Assembly (NCBI GenBank): GCA_040880995.1
Contig: JBBEEB010000104.1
Location: 128-64,127, forward strand
Origin: Halofilum sp. (in: g-proteobacteria)
GTDB taxonomy: Bacteria > Pseudomonadota > Gammaproteobacteria > XJ16 > Halofilaceae
Reading direction: 5' to 3'
DNA length: 64,000 nt
This document shows, piece by piece, positions 47,402-57,497 of the stretch. The notes beneath the pieces were generated by a model, which worked only from the letters and a program-made list of their open reading frames with translations, was not told the origin of the DNA and searched no databases. A program made the translations under genes and the position numbers. The first letter of the stretch is position 1; each line of letters starts with the position of its first letter.

Positions 47402-49602
47402 TCGAACAGACCGTCCAGGCCTTCGCGCAGCTCCTCCTCGATGCGATCGCGCGCCTTTTCGGTCTCCTCCTCGATCTCCTCCCTGGCGCGCTGCTCGGCC
47501 TCTTCGCTTTCCTGCTCGACTTCCTGCTCCACGCGGTCGCGCAGACCCTCGGCAATGGCCAGCTCGATCTCCGGCGAGTTCAACGGCCCGCTCAGGCGCA
47601 ACGGCACCTCGAGACCGCGCAGGTCCGGACCGGTCTCACCACCCTGACCTTCGAGGGTGCCGGTCACGAGCACGCGCGCGGTGTAATCCAGCGTGCGCTC
47701 GGGCAGGTTCACCCAGCCCTCACCGCTGGCGCGCACCAGTGGTGCACGCAGGTCGAGATCGTCCGAGCGTGCCACGCCCTCCTCGATGGCCGCGCTGAGC
47801 GAGAGCGAGGAGAAATCCGTGGCGCGCGATTCGGAGGCCTGCGCGAGTTCGTCGCCGCGCAGGCGCGCCGCGGCCATGCGCAGACGCTGGGGGACGTTCA
47901 GCCCCCGGATGGCGCCATCGTGGAAGATCGTGGCCAGGTTGCCATTGAGCGAGCGCGTCCAGGCGTCGAGGTTGGGGCCGGCCGCGGAGAGCTGCGCCTG
48001 GGCATTGAGGCGGCCGGAGATGAGGGGGTTGTCGAGAAACGCCGCGAGCAGAGGCTCGGACTGCAGACCCGCCAGTTCCGCATTCACCTGCGCCGCGGGG
48101 TTCTCCGCATCGCGCGCGTCGAACTGACCGGTCGCACTGACCCGTCCGCCGGCCACGCCCAGGTCGGCGCGAGTGAGATCGAGCACGCCGTCTCCAAGGT
48201 TCGCCTCGAGCCGCACATCGTCCATGGTCAGCTCGCGCCATGACAGCTGCCCCACATCAAGCCGCGCGTGGGCGCCCAGGCCCTGCAGGGCCTCTGTCGG
48301 CAGGTTCGCGATTGGATCCGACGGCTCCGCATCGCTGGTTTCGTCCGGTCCGCCCCCGGATTGCGACTCGTTGCTGTCCTCACCCTCTCCCTCGGGCGGA
48401 AGATAGCGGTCGAGGTCGATCGCGTTGACGTTCATACCGAGCTCGACCCGCGGCATCTGCGCGAAGCGCGCATGGACGCGCGCGGAGATCGCGGTGTCGT
48501 CCAGCCCCACCTCGAGCGGCTCGAGGGTGATCTCTTCGTTGGTCCCGCGGAAGCTCAGGGCGAGGTCCGCATGTTGCAAGGTGCTCGAATCGGCGCGTTC
48601 GGGCAGCGTCCCGTGGGCGGCTTCAATCAACTCCGCCGGGCTGAATGGCGCGATCGCGAAATTACCGGAGAACGAAGGCGTACCGTCGCCGAAGCGCACG
48701 TGCGTAGCGCCCTCGCCCGTGAGCGTATCCATCGCGGTCAGCGTAAGCGGGTCCACGGTCGCGGTCCCGTCCGCCAGATCGAACTGCAGGTCGGCGCCCA
48801 GACTCGCGCTCGTGCCGGGCGGCAGGCCCGGGCCCTGCGCGGCGAGATCGATGGTCAGTCCCTGCACGGTGCCGACCTGCGTCGCGAGATCGTACTGCAC
48901 GCGCGCGCGCGTCTCGACGGCAACCACGAGCGCGTTATCGGCGCGCAGCGTGCCGGTCAGATGGATGTCGGCGGGCCGGTCGAGCGCGAGCGCGCCCGTG
49001 CTCAGGTCGAGGTCGTCGAACACGAGCTCGCGATTGTTCTGGGCATCACGCCAACTCAGGCGCGCGTCGCGCAGATCCACGCCCTCCACCCGGAATTGCA
49101 GAGCCGGGCCTTCGTTGGCCGCGGGCGCGGCCGGACTTTCGGCCGGCGGAGATTCGGGCCGCGCGGTCTCTTCCTCTTCGCCAGCGGCTCCCTGACGTTC
49201 GAGCAGATCGGCCCAGTTGGTACGCCCCTGGGCGTTACGCGCCGCGTTCACCCGCGCGCCGTGCAGCACGACGGTATCGAGCACGATCTCGCGCTGCAGC
49301 AGCGGCAGTACTCGCACGCGCAGTTCGGCATGGTTCAGGGCGACAAAATCGCGTTCGCCGAAGCCCGGCGCGTTGGCCAGGCGGGTGGGGCCGAGTTCGA
49401 ACCCCACCCAGGGGAAGACGGAGATCTCCAGCGGACCCTCGATGTTCAGCTCGCGGCCGGTCTCGGCGAGGACGCGGCCCTCGATGCGGCTCTTCAGCGC
49501 CTCGGTATCGACCAGAAGCAGCGCCGCGGCGACGGCGCCGACGACCACAATCACGAGGACCACGAGGGTCAGTCCAATCCTTTTGAGCCAGCGTGCGATC
49601 AT
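47398..49602 (-). CDS. asmA: AsmA family protein
   Basis: N-terminal TM anchor, TGREL.I.G.L..S.FPW and C-terminal DL....P..R..G.G; adjacent to mutY. Confidence 0.88.
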   Translation of the reverse strand: MIARWLKRIGLTLVVLVIVVVGAVAAALLLVDTEALKSRIEGRVLAETGRELNIEGPLEISVFPWVGFELGPTRLANAPGFGERDFVALNHAELRVRVLPLLQREIVLDTVVLHGARVNAARNAQGRTNWADLLERQGAAGEEEETARPESPPAESPAAPAANEGPALQFRVEGVDLRDARLSWRDAQNNRELVFDDLDLSTGALALDRPADIHLTGTLRADNALVVAVETRARVQYDLATQVGTVQGLTIDLAAQGPGLPPGTSASLGADLQFDLADGTATVDPLTLTAMDTLTGEGATHVRFGDGTPSFSGNFAIAPFSPAELIEAAHGTLPERADSSTLQHADLALSFRGTNEEITLEPLEVGLDDTAISARVHARFAQMPRVELGMNVNAIDLDRYLPPEGEGEDSNESQSGGGPDETSDAEPSDPIANLPTEALQGLGAHARLDVGQLSWRELTMDDVRLEANLGDGVLDLTRADLGVAGGRVSATGQFDARDAENPAAQVNAELAGLQSEPLLAAFLDNPLISGRLNAQAQLSAAGPNLDAWTRSLNGNLATIFHDGAIRGLNVPQRLRMAAARLRGDELAQASESRATDFSSLSLSAAIEEGVARSDDLDLRAPLVRASGEGWVNLPERTLDYTARVLVTGTLEGQGGETGPDLRGLEVPLRLSGPLNSPEIELAIAEGLRDRVEQEVEQESEEAEQRAREEIEEETEKARDRIEEELREGLDGLFE

Positions 49603-49761
49603 GGCCGTGGCGCTCCGTGCATACGTTATATGTTGGCGCGATTATAGCGTGCTGCTCTGCCGTCCTGTGGGGCGCCCGGATCCGCCGCGGGACGACCCGA
49701 CCTCCCGGGCTTGCTTCCGCCACGCGCGGGGCTATTACACTGAGCGAACCAATCGGCAGAC

Positions 49762-50454
49762 ATGGAGACGGACATGGCGGGACACACCATCGCGATCACC
49801 GGCGCCAATCGCGGCATCGGCCTGGAGATGGCACGTATCTTCGCCGAGCGCGGGGACCGCGTGATCGCGCTGTGCCGCAAGGCCAGCGAGGCGCTGCAGG
49901 CAACGGGCGCGCAGATTGTCGAGAACGTGGAGGTCACTTCGATCGAGGCCCTGCGCTCCTGTGCCTGGCCGGAGGATGCGCCGCACATCGACGTGCTGAT
50001 CAATAACGCCGGCATTCTCACCGACGAGGATTTCGACAGTCTCGACCAACCCCACGCGATCGATCAGCTCAAGCGTCAACATGAGGTCAACGCGATTGGT
50101 CCGTTGCTGGTCACGCGCATGTTCGCGGACCGCCTCAAACAGGGCTCGAAGGTCGCGCTGATCACGAGCCGCATGGGCTCGATCGACGACAATGACTCGG
50201 GCGGGCGTTACGGCTATCGCATGTCGAAGGCGGCGCTCAACGCCGGCGGCAAATCGCTGGCGGTCGACCTCGCGCCGCGCGGGATCTCGGTCGGCATCCT
50301 GCATCCGGGCGCCGTGCGCACGGAGATGACCGGCGGCCGCGGACAGGTCGACGCCCCGGATGCGGCGCGCATGCTGGTCGAACGTATCGACGAACTCGGG
50401 CCGGAAACGAGCGGGGAGTTCCGGCACGCCAACGGCGAGACGCTGCCCTGGTAG
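49762..50454 (+). CDS. SDR oxidoreductase (CsgA/C-factor-like)
   Basis: TGANRGIG, INNAG, YRMSKAALN and LHPG.VRTEM. The start may be 49774. Confidence 0.92.
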   Translation: METDMAGHTIAITGANRGIGLEMARIFAERGDRVIALCRKASEALQATGAQIVENVEVTSIEALRSCAWPEDAPHIDVLINNAGILTDEDFDSLDQPHAIDQLKRQHEVNAIGPLLVTRMFADRLKQGSKVALITSRMGSIDDNDSGGRYGYRMSKAALNAGGKSLAVDLAPRGISVGILHPGAVRTEMTGGRGQVDAPDAARMLVERIDELGPETSGEFRHANGETLPW

Positions 50455-50480
50455 CGAGATCGCACGGAGTGGCTATCGAC

Positions 50481-50630
50481 GTAGATCGGGCTTTTAGCCC
50501 GGTCGGAGACGGACAGCGCGGCGCCGGTTCGGTCGGGCTGAAGAGACTGTGTAAGAAATCCGGCGCCTACTGCGGAAGCGCCACAGCGGCGCCGCTTCTA
50601 TTGCTGACGTAGGTCGGGCTTCAGCCCGAC
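50481..50630. repeat. REP cluster with a truncated MITE left end
   Basis: REP at 50481-50503; half-REP GGTCGGGC+TGAA, then 48 bp (50543-50590) identical to 31705-31752; intact REP GTAGGTCGGGCTTCAGCCCGAC at 50609-50630. Confidence 0.8.
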
Positions 50631-50688
50631 AGCCCAACGCAGGCAATACGGCGAACCGCGGGTATCAGCGCCGGTAATGGGCCACCGT

Positions 50689-51114
50689 TCAGCCCGGCTC
50701 GCCACCCGCGCGGCAGGCCCGCACGTAGGGATCGTGCCAGCGGGCGGCGAAGTCCTGCTCGTCCCAGGGCGCGTCCGCCAGACTGGCGCGAAACCGGCGA
50801 CGCAGGACGTAGGCATACGCCTCGAATTCGTCGCCGTCGTCGGTCGTGACGGTGACCGGCTCGCGCCGGTATAGCTCGCCCTCGAAATCGTCGAGGCACG
50901 CCAGCTCAGCCGGGCCGATCTCGCCGATGAACAGTCCGCGCACCTGCTCCCCGGGACTTGGGACAATGGCGGGATACGGCGCGCGTTTGACGGCGTAGCG
51001 CGCGTAGCCGTCGAGCGTCGCCGCGGTGCCGACGGGCGTTCGGCCCATCACGGCCGCGATGATCGCGGGAAACTGCAGCGTGCCGTAGACGAATACCCGG
51101 TGCGACAAGGGCAC
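50689..51114 (-). CDS. Gamma-glutamylcyclotransferase family protein
   Basis: VFVYGTL, YPAI, LD.FEG..Y.R and AYAYV. Confidence 0.88.
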   Translation of the reverse strand: MPLSHRVFVYGTLQFPAIIAAVMGRTPVGTAATLDGYARYAVKRAPYPAIVPSPGEQVRGLFIGEIGPAELACLDDFEGELYRREPVTVTTDDGDEFEAYAYVLRRRFRASLADAPWDEQDFAARWHDPYVRACRAGGEPG

Positions 51115-51142
51115 CTCCAGATCGCAGTTTCGCGCGAGACCG

Positions 51143-51169
51143 GTAGGGGCGGGTCTGCAACCTGCCCCT
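51143..51169 (+). repeat. GTAG-family REP (GTAGGGGCGGGT...ACCTGCCCCT)
   Basis: Extragenic imperfect palindrome preceded by GTAG. Confidence 0.6.
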
Positions 51170-51187
51170 GCTCACACGACGACGGGC

Positions 51188-51373
51188 CTACTCCGATTCG
51201 GGAGCGGAACCGGGCAGGAATGTCTCGATGAGGAATTGCTCCTCTTCCGGCGACAGGTTGAACCGGCAGCTCGCTTCTTCCACGCCCTCGAGCGTGTAGC
51301 CCTCGGTCTCGTTGAGCCAGTGCGCGGCGCGGCGCAGCCCCTCGCCTTGCGGCAGGATGCCATCGGTCGCCAT
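51188..51373 (-). CDS. Small hypothetical protein (61 aa)
   Basis: GGGGAGG RBS; GE.LRRA..W...EA..RFNLSP.EE.FL resembles a conserved small protein. Confidence 0.65.
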   Translation of the reverse strand: MATDGILPQGEGLRRAAHWLNETEGYTLEGVEEASCRFNLSPEEEQFLIETFLPGSAPESE

Positions 51374-51462
51374 CGCATTTCCTCCCCGCCGGAATCCCCG
51401 GCACGGTCAGTGGGGATCCACTACTACGCCTTTGGTCCTCACCCGGCAAGACGGTTTCGTAC

Positions 51463-52218
51463 TCACTCGCCCTCCTCGGACGGCCCGATCCCCGCGCGCT
51501 CCAGGGCCGCCTCCAGGGCGGCGAAGGCCGGCTCGACCGCTTCGGCCGGACCGCTCACGCCCAACTCGACCACATAGCCCCGGTCGCGCATCTCGGGGAG
51601 GCTGGAGAAGCGCGCGGCGGGATGCTCGGCCCCGAGCCGCTCGAGCATAGCGATCAGGTCGCCCTCGCGTGCGCGTACGCGCACGGCACGGCTGACCGGC
51701 GGCTCGCGCGTGAGTTGCGGATAGCGCACGTCGAGCACCCACTCGAGCATTGGCCAGGCCATGCGTGGGAAGCCGGGCACGAAACAGTGGTGCTCGAGCT
51801 GGAAGCCGGGGATGCGGTTGACCGGGTTGGGGATGAGCACCGCCCCCTCAGGGAATTCCACCATGCGCAGGCGGTGCTCGGTGAGGTGATCATCGAAGCG
51901 CTCGCGCAGGATCTCGCAGCCTTCCGGGTGATGCAGCAGGCGCCGGTCGCTCGCAGCCGCGGCGGCCTGGCGCGTGACGTCGTCGGGCGTGGCGCCGATG
52001 CCGCCGCAACAGAACACCAGCGCCTCGGTCGCCATGGTTTCGCGTAGTACGCCCGCCAGGCGCCCCTCGTCGTCACCTTCGTAACGCGCCCAGGTCAGCG
52101 CCAAACCGCGCGCGGCCAGTCGCTCGATAGCGGCGGCCACATGACGGTCGACACGACGTCCGGAAAGGATCTCGTCGCCAACGACGATCAGGCCGATTTC
52201 GGGCAAGGATTCGCTCAT
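51463..52218 (-). CDS. CinA-like molybdopterin-binding domain protein
   Basis: IVVGDEILSG, GGIGATPDD.T, LIPNPVN.IPGF and VPGFP.MAWPM. Confidence 0.88.
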   Translation of the reverse strand: MSESLPEIGLIVVGDEILSGRRVDRHVAAAIERLAARGLALTWARYEGDDEGRLAGVLRETMATEALVFCCGGIGATPDDVTRQAAAAASDRRLLHHPEGCEILRERFDDHLTEHRLRMVEFPEGAVLIPNPVNRIPGFQLEHHCFVPGFPRMAWPMLEWVLDVRYPQLTREPPVSRAVRVRAREGDLIAMLERLGAEHPAARFSSLPEMRDRGYVVELGVSGPAEAVEPAFAALEAALERAGIGPSEEGE

Positions 52219-52399
52219 GAGGGCTCGATTGTAGTGGCCCGGAGCGTCCGCGCGAACCGGAGGCGAACCGCGCGGCCGCGACGCACCTCGTCGCTGGATT
52301 GCTTCGTCGCCTGGCGGCTCCTTGCAACGACGAGCACGCTGTTGGAAGCGTCGTAGCCTTGATGAAGCCGGCATCCGGGACAGCTCAGATTCGAGGCAA

Positions 52400-53305
52400 T
52401 CAGGCGGGTACGCCGGCGTCCAGCACGCGCGTCCAGCGGCGGCGCTCGTCGTCGGTGAATCCTAGGCGCGCGAACAGCGCTTCCAATGCGTCACGGTCCG
52501 GCTCGGCCGGGATCAGTGCCTCTGGCGTCTCCGGCAGACCCTCCGCGTGCAGCGCACCCGTCAGGCGCCGTGCCATGCGGACCGTCGCCTCGTACTCGCG
52601 CAAACGCGCGGCCACCTGCGGCGCGCCGCGAAATTGCATTACCCGGACACGGTCGAGATTGGCGAAGACCCCGTCGAGATCTTCCCACCGGCGCAGCAGT
52701 CGCGCCGCGGTCGGCCGGCCGACGCCCGGTACGCCCGGGATGCTGTCGCCGGGATCGCCGGCCAGAGCGAGCAGGTCGGGGATCTGGTGCGGCGCAACGC
52801 CGAATTTGCGGCGGATGCCCCGCATGTCCAGGCGCCGGTCGCGCTCGTAGTCCCACCATTCGTCGCCCGTACGCACCAGCTGCGCCAGATCCTTGTCGCC
52901 ACTGATCACGGTATGGCGCCAACCCTGGCGGCGCGGATTCGCCGCCAGGGTGGCGAGGACGTCGTCGCCCTCGACGCGCTGACTGGCGAATTCAGGCAGA
53001 CCGGCGGCACGCGCCAGCGCGCGGCAGTCCTGGAACTGGCGCCGCAGCTCCGGCGGTGCCGAGGGCCGGCCCGACTTGTAAGCGGGGTAGATTGCGCGCC
53101 GGTCGCAATGCTCGCGCCGGTCGTCGAACACCAGCGCGAGCGCGCGCGGGCGCTCGCGTTCAAGCAGCTCCAGGAGAAACGCGGCGAAGCCGAGCACGGC
53201 GTGGACCGGCTCGCCATCGCGATCGAACCGATCCGGTGTGCACCGATGCCAGGCACGAAAAACGTAGATACTGGCATCGACCAGATGGGCGCGTGGGCTG
53301 CTCAT
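52400..53305 (-). CDS. 5'-3' exonuclease / flap endonuclease (Xni-like)
   Basis: LVDAS.YVFRAW, Y.AYK..R, EGDD, SGDKD, LAGD..D.IPGVPGVG and no polymerase domain. Confidence 0.88.
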   Translation of the reverse strand: MSSPRAHLVDASIYVFRAWHRCTPDRFDRDGEPVHAVLGFAAFLLELLERERPRALALVFDDRREHCDRRAIYPAYKSGRPSAPPELRRQFQDCRALARAAGLPEFASQRVEGDDVLATLAANPRRQGWRHTVISGDKDLAQLVRTGDEWWDYERDRRLDMRGIRRKFGVAPHQIPDLLALAGDPGDSIPGVPGVGRPTAARLLRRWEDLDGVFANLDRVRVMQFRGAPQVAARLREYEATVRMARRLTGALHAEGLPETPEALIPAEPDRDALEALFARLGFTDDERRRWTRVLDAGVPA

Positions 53306-53354
53306 CGTCCCATCATGCGCCCGCCCGCAATCACTGTCGCGCACACCGGCACGC

Positions 53355-54812
53355 TCAGCGCAGCAGCTTGATCGGGTGGCCGGGCTCGGGCTGGCCGTCG
53401 GGCCAGTCGCCATTGAGCAGGCGCAGTTGCGCCACGGCGTCATCAAGGCGGTCGGCGACCGGCTCGGCCAGGGCCTCATAGGTATCGCCGGACTCGGGAT
53501 CGTAGCCTACGATTTCCAGCGGCTGCGCCTGTTTGCGCTGTGCGGGGGCCAGACGATCCAGGCTGGTGGCGATTTCGAGGAAATCGTCGTCGAACTCGCG
53601 CATGGCCCCGCGCTCACGCGCAAGGCCGGTGAAGAACCAGGCGTGCTCGCCCTTGCGGATCACGACGTGACGCAATTGGCGCGGCCCGATCTGCGTCCGC
53701 GCCATGGTAACCGCCGTGAATCCGTCGTACGGACCCACATCGATCGTGCGCGCATCCGAGGTCTCGGCGCCGTCGAGACGCTCGGCGAGCAGTTCGCGGG
53801 CGGGCTGCCCTTCGGCCTGCCCGATGGTGGCCACCAGCATCGCGGCATCGTCCGGCCCCTGGAAGATCAGCCGCTGCGGCTGATTGACGATGGTCCAGCC
53901 GCGGGGCGCCTGCACGGAGGCGTCGAGCCCAAGATGGAGGAACTGATGCGCGACGACCGTGCCCTGATCGGCGCTCGGCCCGAAGGGCATGCCCTCGATC
54001 AGGCGCACATACTCCGCGCGGCTGGCCGTGCGCGGGTTCTCGGCCTGATGCTTGCGGGCCGCGCGGACCACCTCCTGTAACCGGGCATCGTTCTCCGGGT
54101 GGGTGGAAAACAGGCCGTGATAGCCGCTTGGCTCGCGTCCCTCGTCGCGCGCCTGCTGCATGGCGTATTGCTCCTGGTCGGCGAGCACGCCGACGACGTC
54201 GAGCATCTCCTCGGAGTCGTAGCCGCTACGCGCGAGGTACTCCGCGCCAAGGCGATCCGCCTGCAGCTCCTGCTCGCGGCCGTACCCGCGGATGGCGGCG
54301 AGTTGCGCGGTCTGAAACAGCTCGGCCGCGCCCGCGCCAGCCCCCGTGCCGGCAATCAGCAGCGCGCCGAGCAGCGACGAGGCGGTCTCAGCGCTATGTC
54401 GCTGCACGCCGTGGCGCGCGGTGACGTGCCCGATTTCATGGCCCAGCACACCGGCGAGCTCGGCCTCCGAGTTGAAGTAGGCCATGATGCCGCGGGTAAT
54501 GTAGACGTAGCCGCCCGGCAGAGCGAAGGCGTTGACGTCCGGGCTGTCGAGGACGGTGAAAGTGTAATCGAGGTCGGAGCGGTGGCTGTTCTCGGCCAGG
54601 CGTTGGCCGATCTCCTTCACCCGCTGTTGCACCGCCTCGTTCTCATAGACCGGCGTCTGCTCCAGCATGCGCGGGTGGAAATCGCGGCCGAGTTCGATCT
54701 CCTGCTCCTCGGACATGAGCACGAAATCGCGCCCGCCGGTGACCGGATTGGTCGCGCAGCCGGTCAGCGTCAGCGCGATTGACAGGCCAAGACTGCTCAG
54801 GCGACGCAACAT
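53355..54812 (-). CDS. M48 family metalloprotease lipoprotein with LysM-like C-terminus
   Basis: Lipobox LTGC, NAFALPGG, HEIGH, Y.REQELQAD and STHP. Confidence 0.92.
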   Translation of the reverse strand: MLRRLSSLGLSIALTLTGCATNPVTGGRDFVLMSEEQEIELGRDFHPRMLEQTPVYENEAVQQRVKEIGQRLAENSHRSDLDYTFTVLDSPDVNAFALPGGYVYITRGIMAYFNSEAELAGVLGHEIGHVTARHGVQRHSAETASSLLGALLIAGTGAGAGAAELFQTAQLAAIRGYGREQELQADRLGAEYLARSGYDSEEMLDVVGVLADQEQYAMQQARDEGREPSGYHGLFSTHPENDARLQEVVRAARKHQAENPRTASRAEYVRLIEGMPFGPSADQGTVVAHQFLHLGLDASVQAPRGWTIVNQPQRLIFQGPDDAAMLVATIGQAEGQPARELLAERLDGAETSDARTIDVGPYDGFTAVTMARTQIGPRQLRHVVIRKGEHAWFFTGLARERGAMREFDDDFLEIATSLDRLAPAQRKQAQPLEIVGYDPESGDTYEALAEPVADRLDDAVAQLRLLNGDWPDGQPEPGHPIKLLR

Positions 54813-54826
54813 CGGGCTTCCTCAGC

Positions 54827-55636
54827 TCATCCACTGAGCCATTCGACCGCGGCCGGGTGGCGCAGATTCATGCGCGGCTCATCGTCGACCCGGTAGATCC
54901 AGCCGCGCACCCGCAGGCGCTGACCCTCACGGCGCTGCGGTTCACCATCGAAGTATGGTAGATCGTTTTTGGGCAGACGCAGCGTCAGTTTGCCGTCGAG
55001 CTCCAGCCAGAAGGCCGATCGGCTCTCGCCCACGCGGATGATGCGGCCAGTGACCACGGCAAAGCCGCCGGCGTCGGCCGGCAGGCGGTCGGCCGGTACG
55101 CCAAGGAATCGCGGCTCGGTCCAGACGCCACGATCCGCGGCGCGCGCCGCCGCTTCGGCGCGCGCATAGCAGCGCTGATGCGCCAGATTGGGCGGCACGA
55201 CCACGCGCAGGCCGTAGCCGCGTTCGAGGAGCCGTTCGGTGATATTACGCCCGTCGGGCAGGTAGAGATGGGCGAGCAGGCGGTCGTAATTGTCGCGCGC
55301 CTCGCGGCCGATCTGGAGACCGACGCGCCCGTCGGCGGACGCGATCAGACGCTGCAGGGATTGGCGAGCCGCCTGCGCGAAGGGCTCATCGGGCGCGCCG
55401 TCGCGGCCTAGCTCGGGGGTGTTGAGGCCAATGATGCGGACCTGGCGGCCGTCTGACAGGCGCACGGTATCGCCGTCGGTGACGGAGTCCACGACGGCCT
55501 GCTCATCGATGCGCTCCGCGGCGCATTCGGCCGGCGCGCTCGACGCGGAAGCGGGGAACAAGCAGGCGCCCACGAGGAGCGCCTCAAGGAGCTTCGCAGC
55601 ACTAAAACGCCGAACGCAGGGTCCGGCTGGCTGCAC
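54827..55636 (-). CDS. Secreted thermonuclease (SNase) family protein
   Basis: VTDGDTV, RIIGLNTPE and D.YDRLLAH, after a signal peptide. The GTG start at 55636 is inferred. Confidence 0.85.
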   Translation of the reverse strand: MQPAGPCVRRFSAAKLLEALLVGACLFPASASSAPAECAAERIDEQAVVDSVTDGDTVRLSDGRQVRIIGLNTPELGRDGAPDEPFAQAARQSLQRLIASADGRVGLQIGREARDNYDRLLAHLYLPDGRNITERLLERGYGLRVVVPPNLAHQRCYARAEAAARAADRGVWTEPRFLGVPADRLPADAGGFAVVTGRIIRVGESRSAFWLELDGKLTLRLPKNDLPYFDGEPQRREGQRLRVRGWIYRVDDEPRMNLRHPAAVEWLSG

Positions 55637-55646
55637 GAGGGACCAA

Positions 55647-55847
55647 TCAGCGCCGGTAGCGGCGACGGAACTTGTCGACCTGGCCGGCCGTATCCATGAT
55701 CTTCTGCTTGCCCGTGAAGAACGGGTGGCAGCTCGCGCAAACCTCGACATGCACGTCGCTGCCGTGCGTCGATCGGGTTTCGAAGCTGTTGCCACAGGCG
55801 CAGACCACCTGGACCTTTTCGTAGCTCGGGTGAATATCCGCCTTCAT
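55647..55847 (-). CDS. rpmE: 50S ribosomal protein L31 (Zn-binding form)
   Basis: [25 protein letters not shown] and G.VDKF. Confidence 0.97.
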   Translation of the reverse strand: MKADIHPSYEKVQVVCACGNSFETRSTHGSDVHVEVCASCHPFFTGKQKIMDTAGQVDKFRRRYRR

Positions 55848-55955
55848 CGCCCTACATCCTCAGGAGTACCGTCGCAATGCGTGCGCGGGGTGCGCGCGGC
55901 AGGCCGGTCATTGTACCCATGCGAACTCGCCTCAACAAGGCACCACATCGCTCGC

Positions 55956-56144
55956 CTACAGGTCGTCTCGCTCGGTATCGACGGTCGCGGCGCCCGTTTC
56001 AGGGTCGACAGTAACCGCGAAAGTAATGGGCGAGCAGCACACCTCGCAATCCTGGATGTAGCGGCTATCGCCCTCACTGGCGTCGACCAGCGCGGTGAAC
56101 GTCTCCCCGCAATAGGGGCATTCGACGTCGATCTCCTCGAGCAT
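55956..56144 (-). CDS. CPXCG-motif cysteine-rich small protein
   Basis: CPYCGE...Y.QDCEVCC.PI. Confidence 0.85.
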   Translation of the reverse strand: MLEEIDVECPYCGETFTALVDASEGDSRYIQDCEVCCSPITFAVTVDPETGAATVDTERDDL

Positions 56145-56145
56145 C

Positions 56146-57369
56146 TCAGGCCGGGCCCTGCGGAACGATGCGCAGACTGGCGGCCGCCTCGCGACCCGCG
56201 CCCCAGGACTCGGTCTCGGCCGCGAACAGGGCCAGGAGGTCGTTGTGCAGCTCCAGCCCGCGCGCCGTCGGCCGCACGCCGTCGGCATCGTGGACCAGCA
56301 GGCTGCGCTCGGCGGCCTGGCCCGCCGGCCCCTTGAGCCAGGCAAAGGGCACGCCGGTGCGCTCGGTGAACAGGGCCGGCTCGAAACCGCCCGGCAGGCG
56401 CAGCGCGTTGAGCAGGAATTCGAACGCGGCATCGGCCGCGCTCAGCCGGCGGCGATCGGCGACGCGCTCGGCGCCGGCCGCCGTCTCGAGGTAGCGCTGC
56501 GGCGCGCGCATCTTGGCCCGGCGCTCGATCGCGCTCTCCACAGGCAGCGTGAGCTTGCCGTGGGCGCCCGCACCGATGCCGAGGTAGTCGCCGAAATACC
56601 AGTAGTTGAGGTTGTGATCGGAGCGGGCCGCGCGGCCGCGCGCCCAGGCGGAGATCTCATAACGCTCGAAATCGTGCGCGGTGAGGCGCGCGTGCCCGGC
56701 GGCCTCGATATCCGCGATCGCGTCCTCCTCGGGCAGTTCAGGCGGCTGACTCCAGAACACCGTGTTGGGTTCGAGCGTAAGCTGATACCAGGAGACATGC
56801 CGCGGGTCGAGTCCGAGCGCCGTCGCCAGATCGGCATCGGCCTGGGCCGCGCTTTGCCCCGGGAGGGCGTACATCAGATCGACGTTCACGCGCTCGAACG
56901 TGGCGACGGCCGTCTCGAGCGCGCGCTGCGCCGCATCGCCGTCGTGAATCCGACCGAGGGCCTTGAGCATCGCATCGTCGAAACTCTGCACGCCCAGCGA
57001 GAGGCGGTTGACGCCGGCGTCCCGGAAGCCGACGAACCGCTCGGCCTCGAACGTGCCCGGATTGGCCTCCAGCGTGACCTCGATCTCCGGGTCGGGGTTG
57101 AAGTAGGCGCGCACGCGCGACAGCAAACGGTCGATCGCCTCGGGCGGGAACAGGCTGGGCGTGCCGCCGCCGATGAACACGGCTTCGAGGGGCCGCCCCC
57201 AGACGTCGGGCAGCTCCTGCTCCAGGTCGGCGACCAACGCGTCGACGTAGGCGTCGGCGGGCAACACCTCGGGCGCCTCGTGCGAATTGAAATCGCAGTA
57301 CGGGCATTTGCGCACGCACCAGGGCAGATGCACGTACAGCGTCAGCGGCGGGTTGCTATGAAATTCCAT
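56146..57369 (-). CDS. hemW: Radical SAM heme chaperone HemW
   Basis: LYVHLPWCVRKCPYCDFNS, GGGTPS, EANP, NRLSLGVQSF and YLGIGAGAHG. Confidence 0.93.
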   Translation of the reverse strand: MEFHSNPPLTLYVHLPWCVRKCPYCDFNSHEAPEVLPADAYVDALVADLEQELPDVWGRPLEAVFIGGGTPSLFPPEAIDRLLSRVRAYFNPDPEIEVTLEANPGTFEAERFVGFRDAGVNRLSLGVQSFDDAMLKALGRIHDGDAAQRALETAVATFERVNVDLMYALPGQSAAQADADLATALGLDPRHVSWYQLTLEPNTVFWSQPPELPEEDAIADIEAAGHARLTAHDFERYEISAWARGRAARSDHNLNYWYFGDYLGIGAGAHGKLTLPVESAIERRAKMRAPQRYLETAAGAERVADRRRLSAADAAFEFLLNALRLPGGFEPALFTERTGVPFAWLKGPAGQAAERSLLVHDADGVRPTARGLELHNDLLALFAAETESWGAGREAAASLRIVPQGPA

Positions 57370-57497
57370 GGAGGTTCAGTCTACCTTAGGCCGCAACGGT
57401 TTTATCGGGGTGCGCCCGACTGTCCCGCAGAGCCGCACGATACCGCGTGGATGGATGTCGGGCGGACGGCCAGCAGACGCACAAGAGGAGGCCCACC

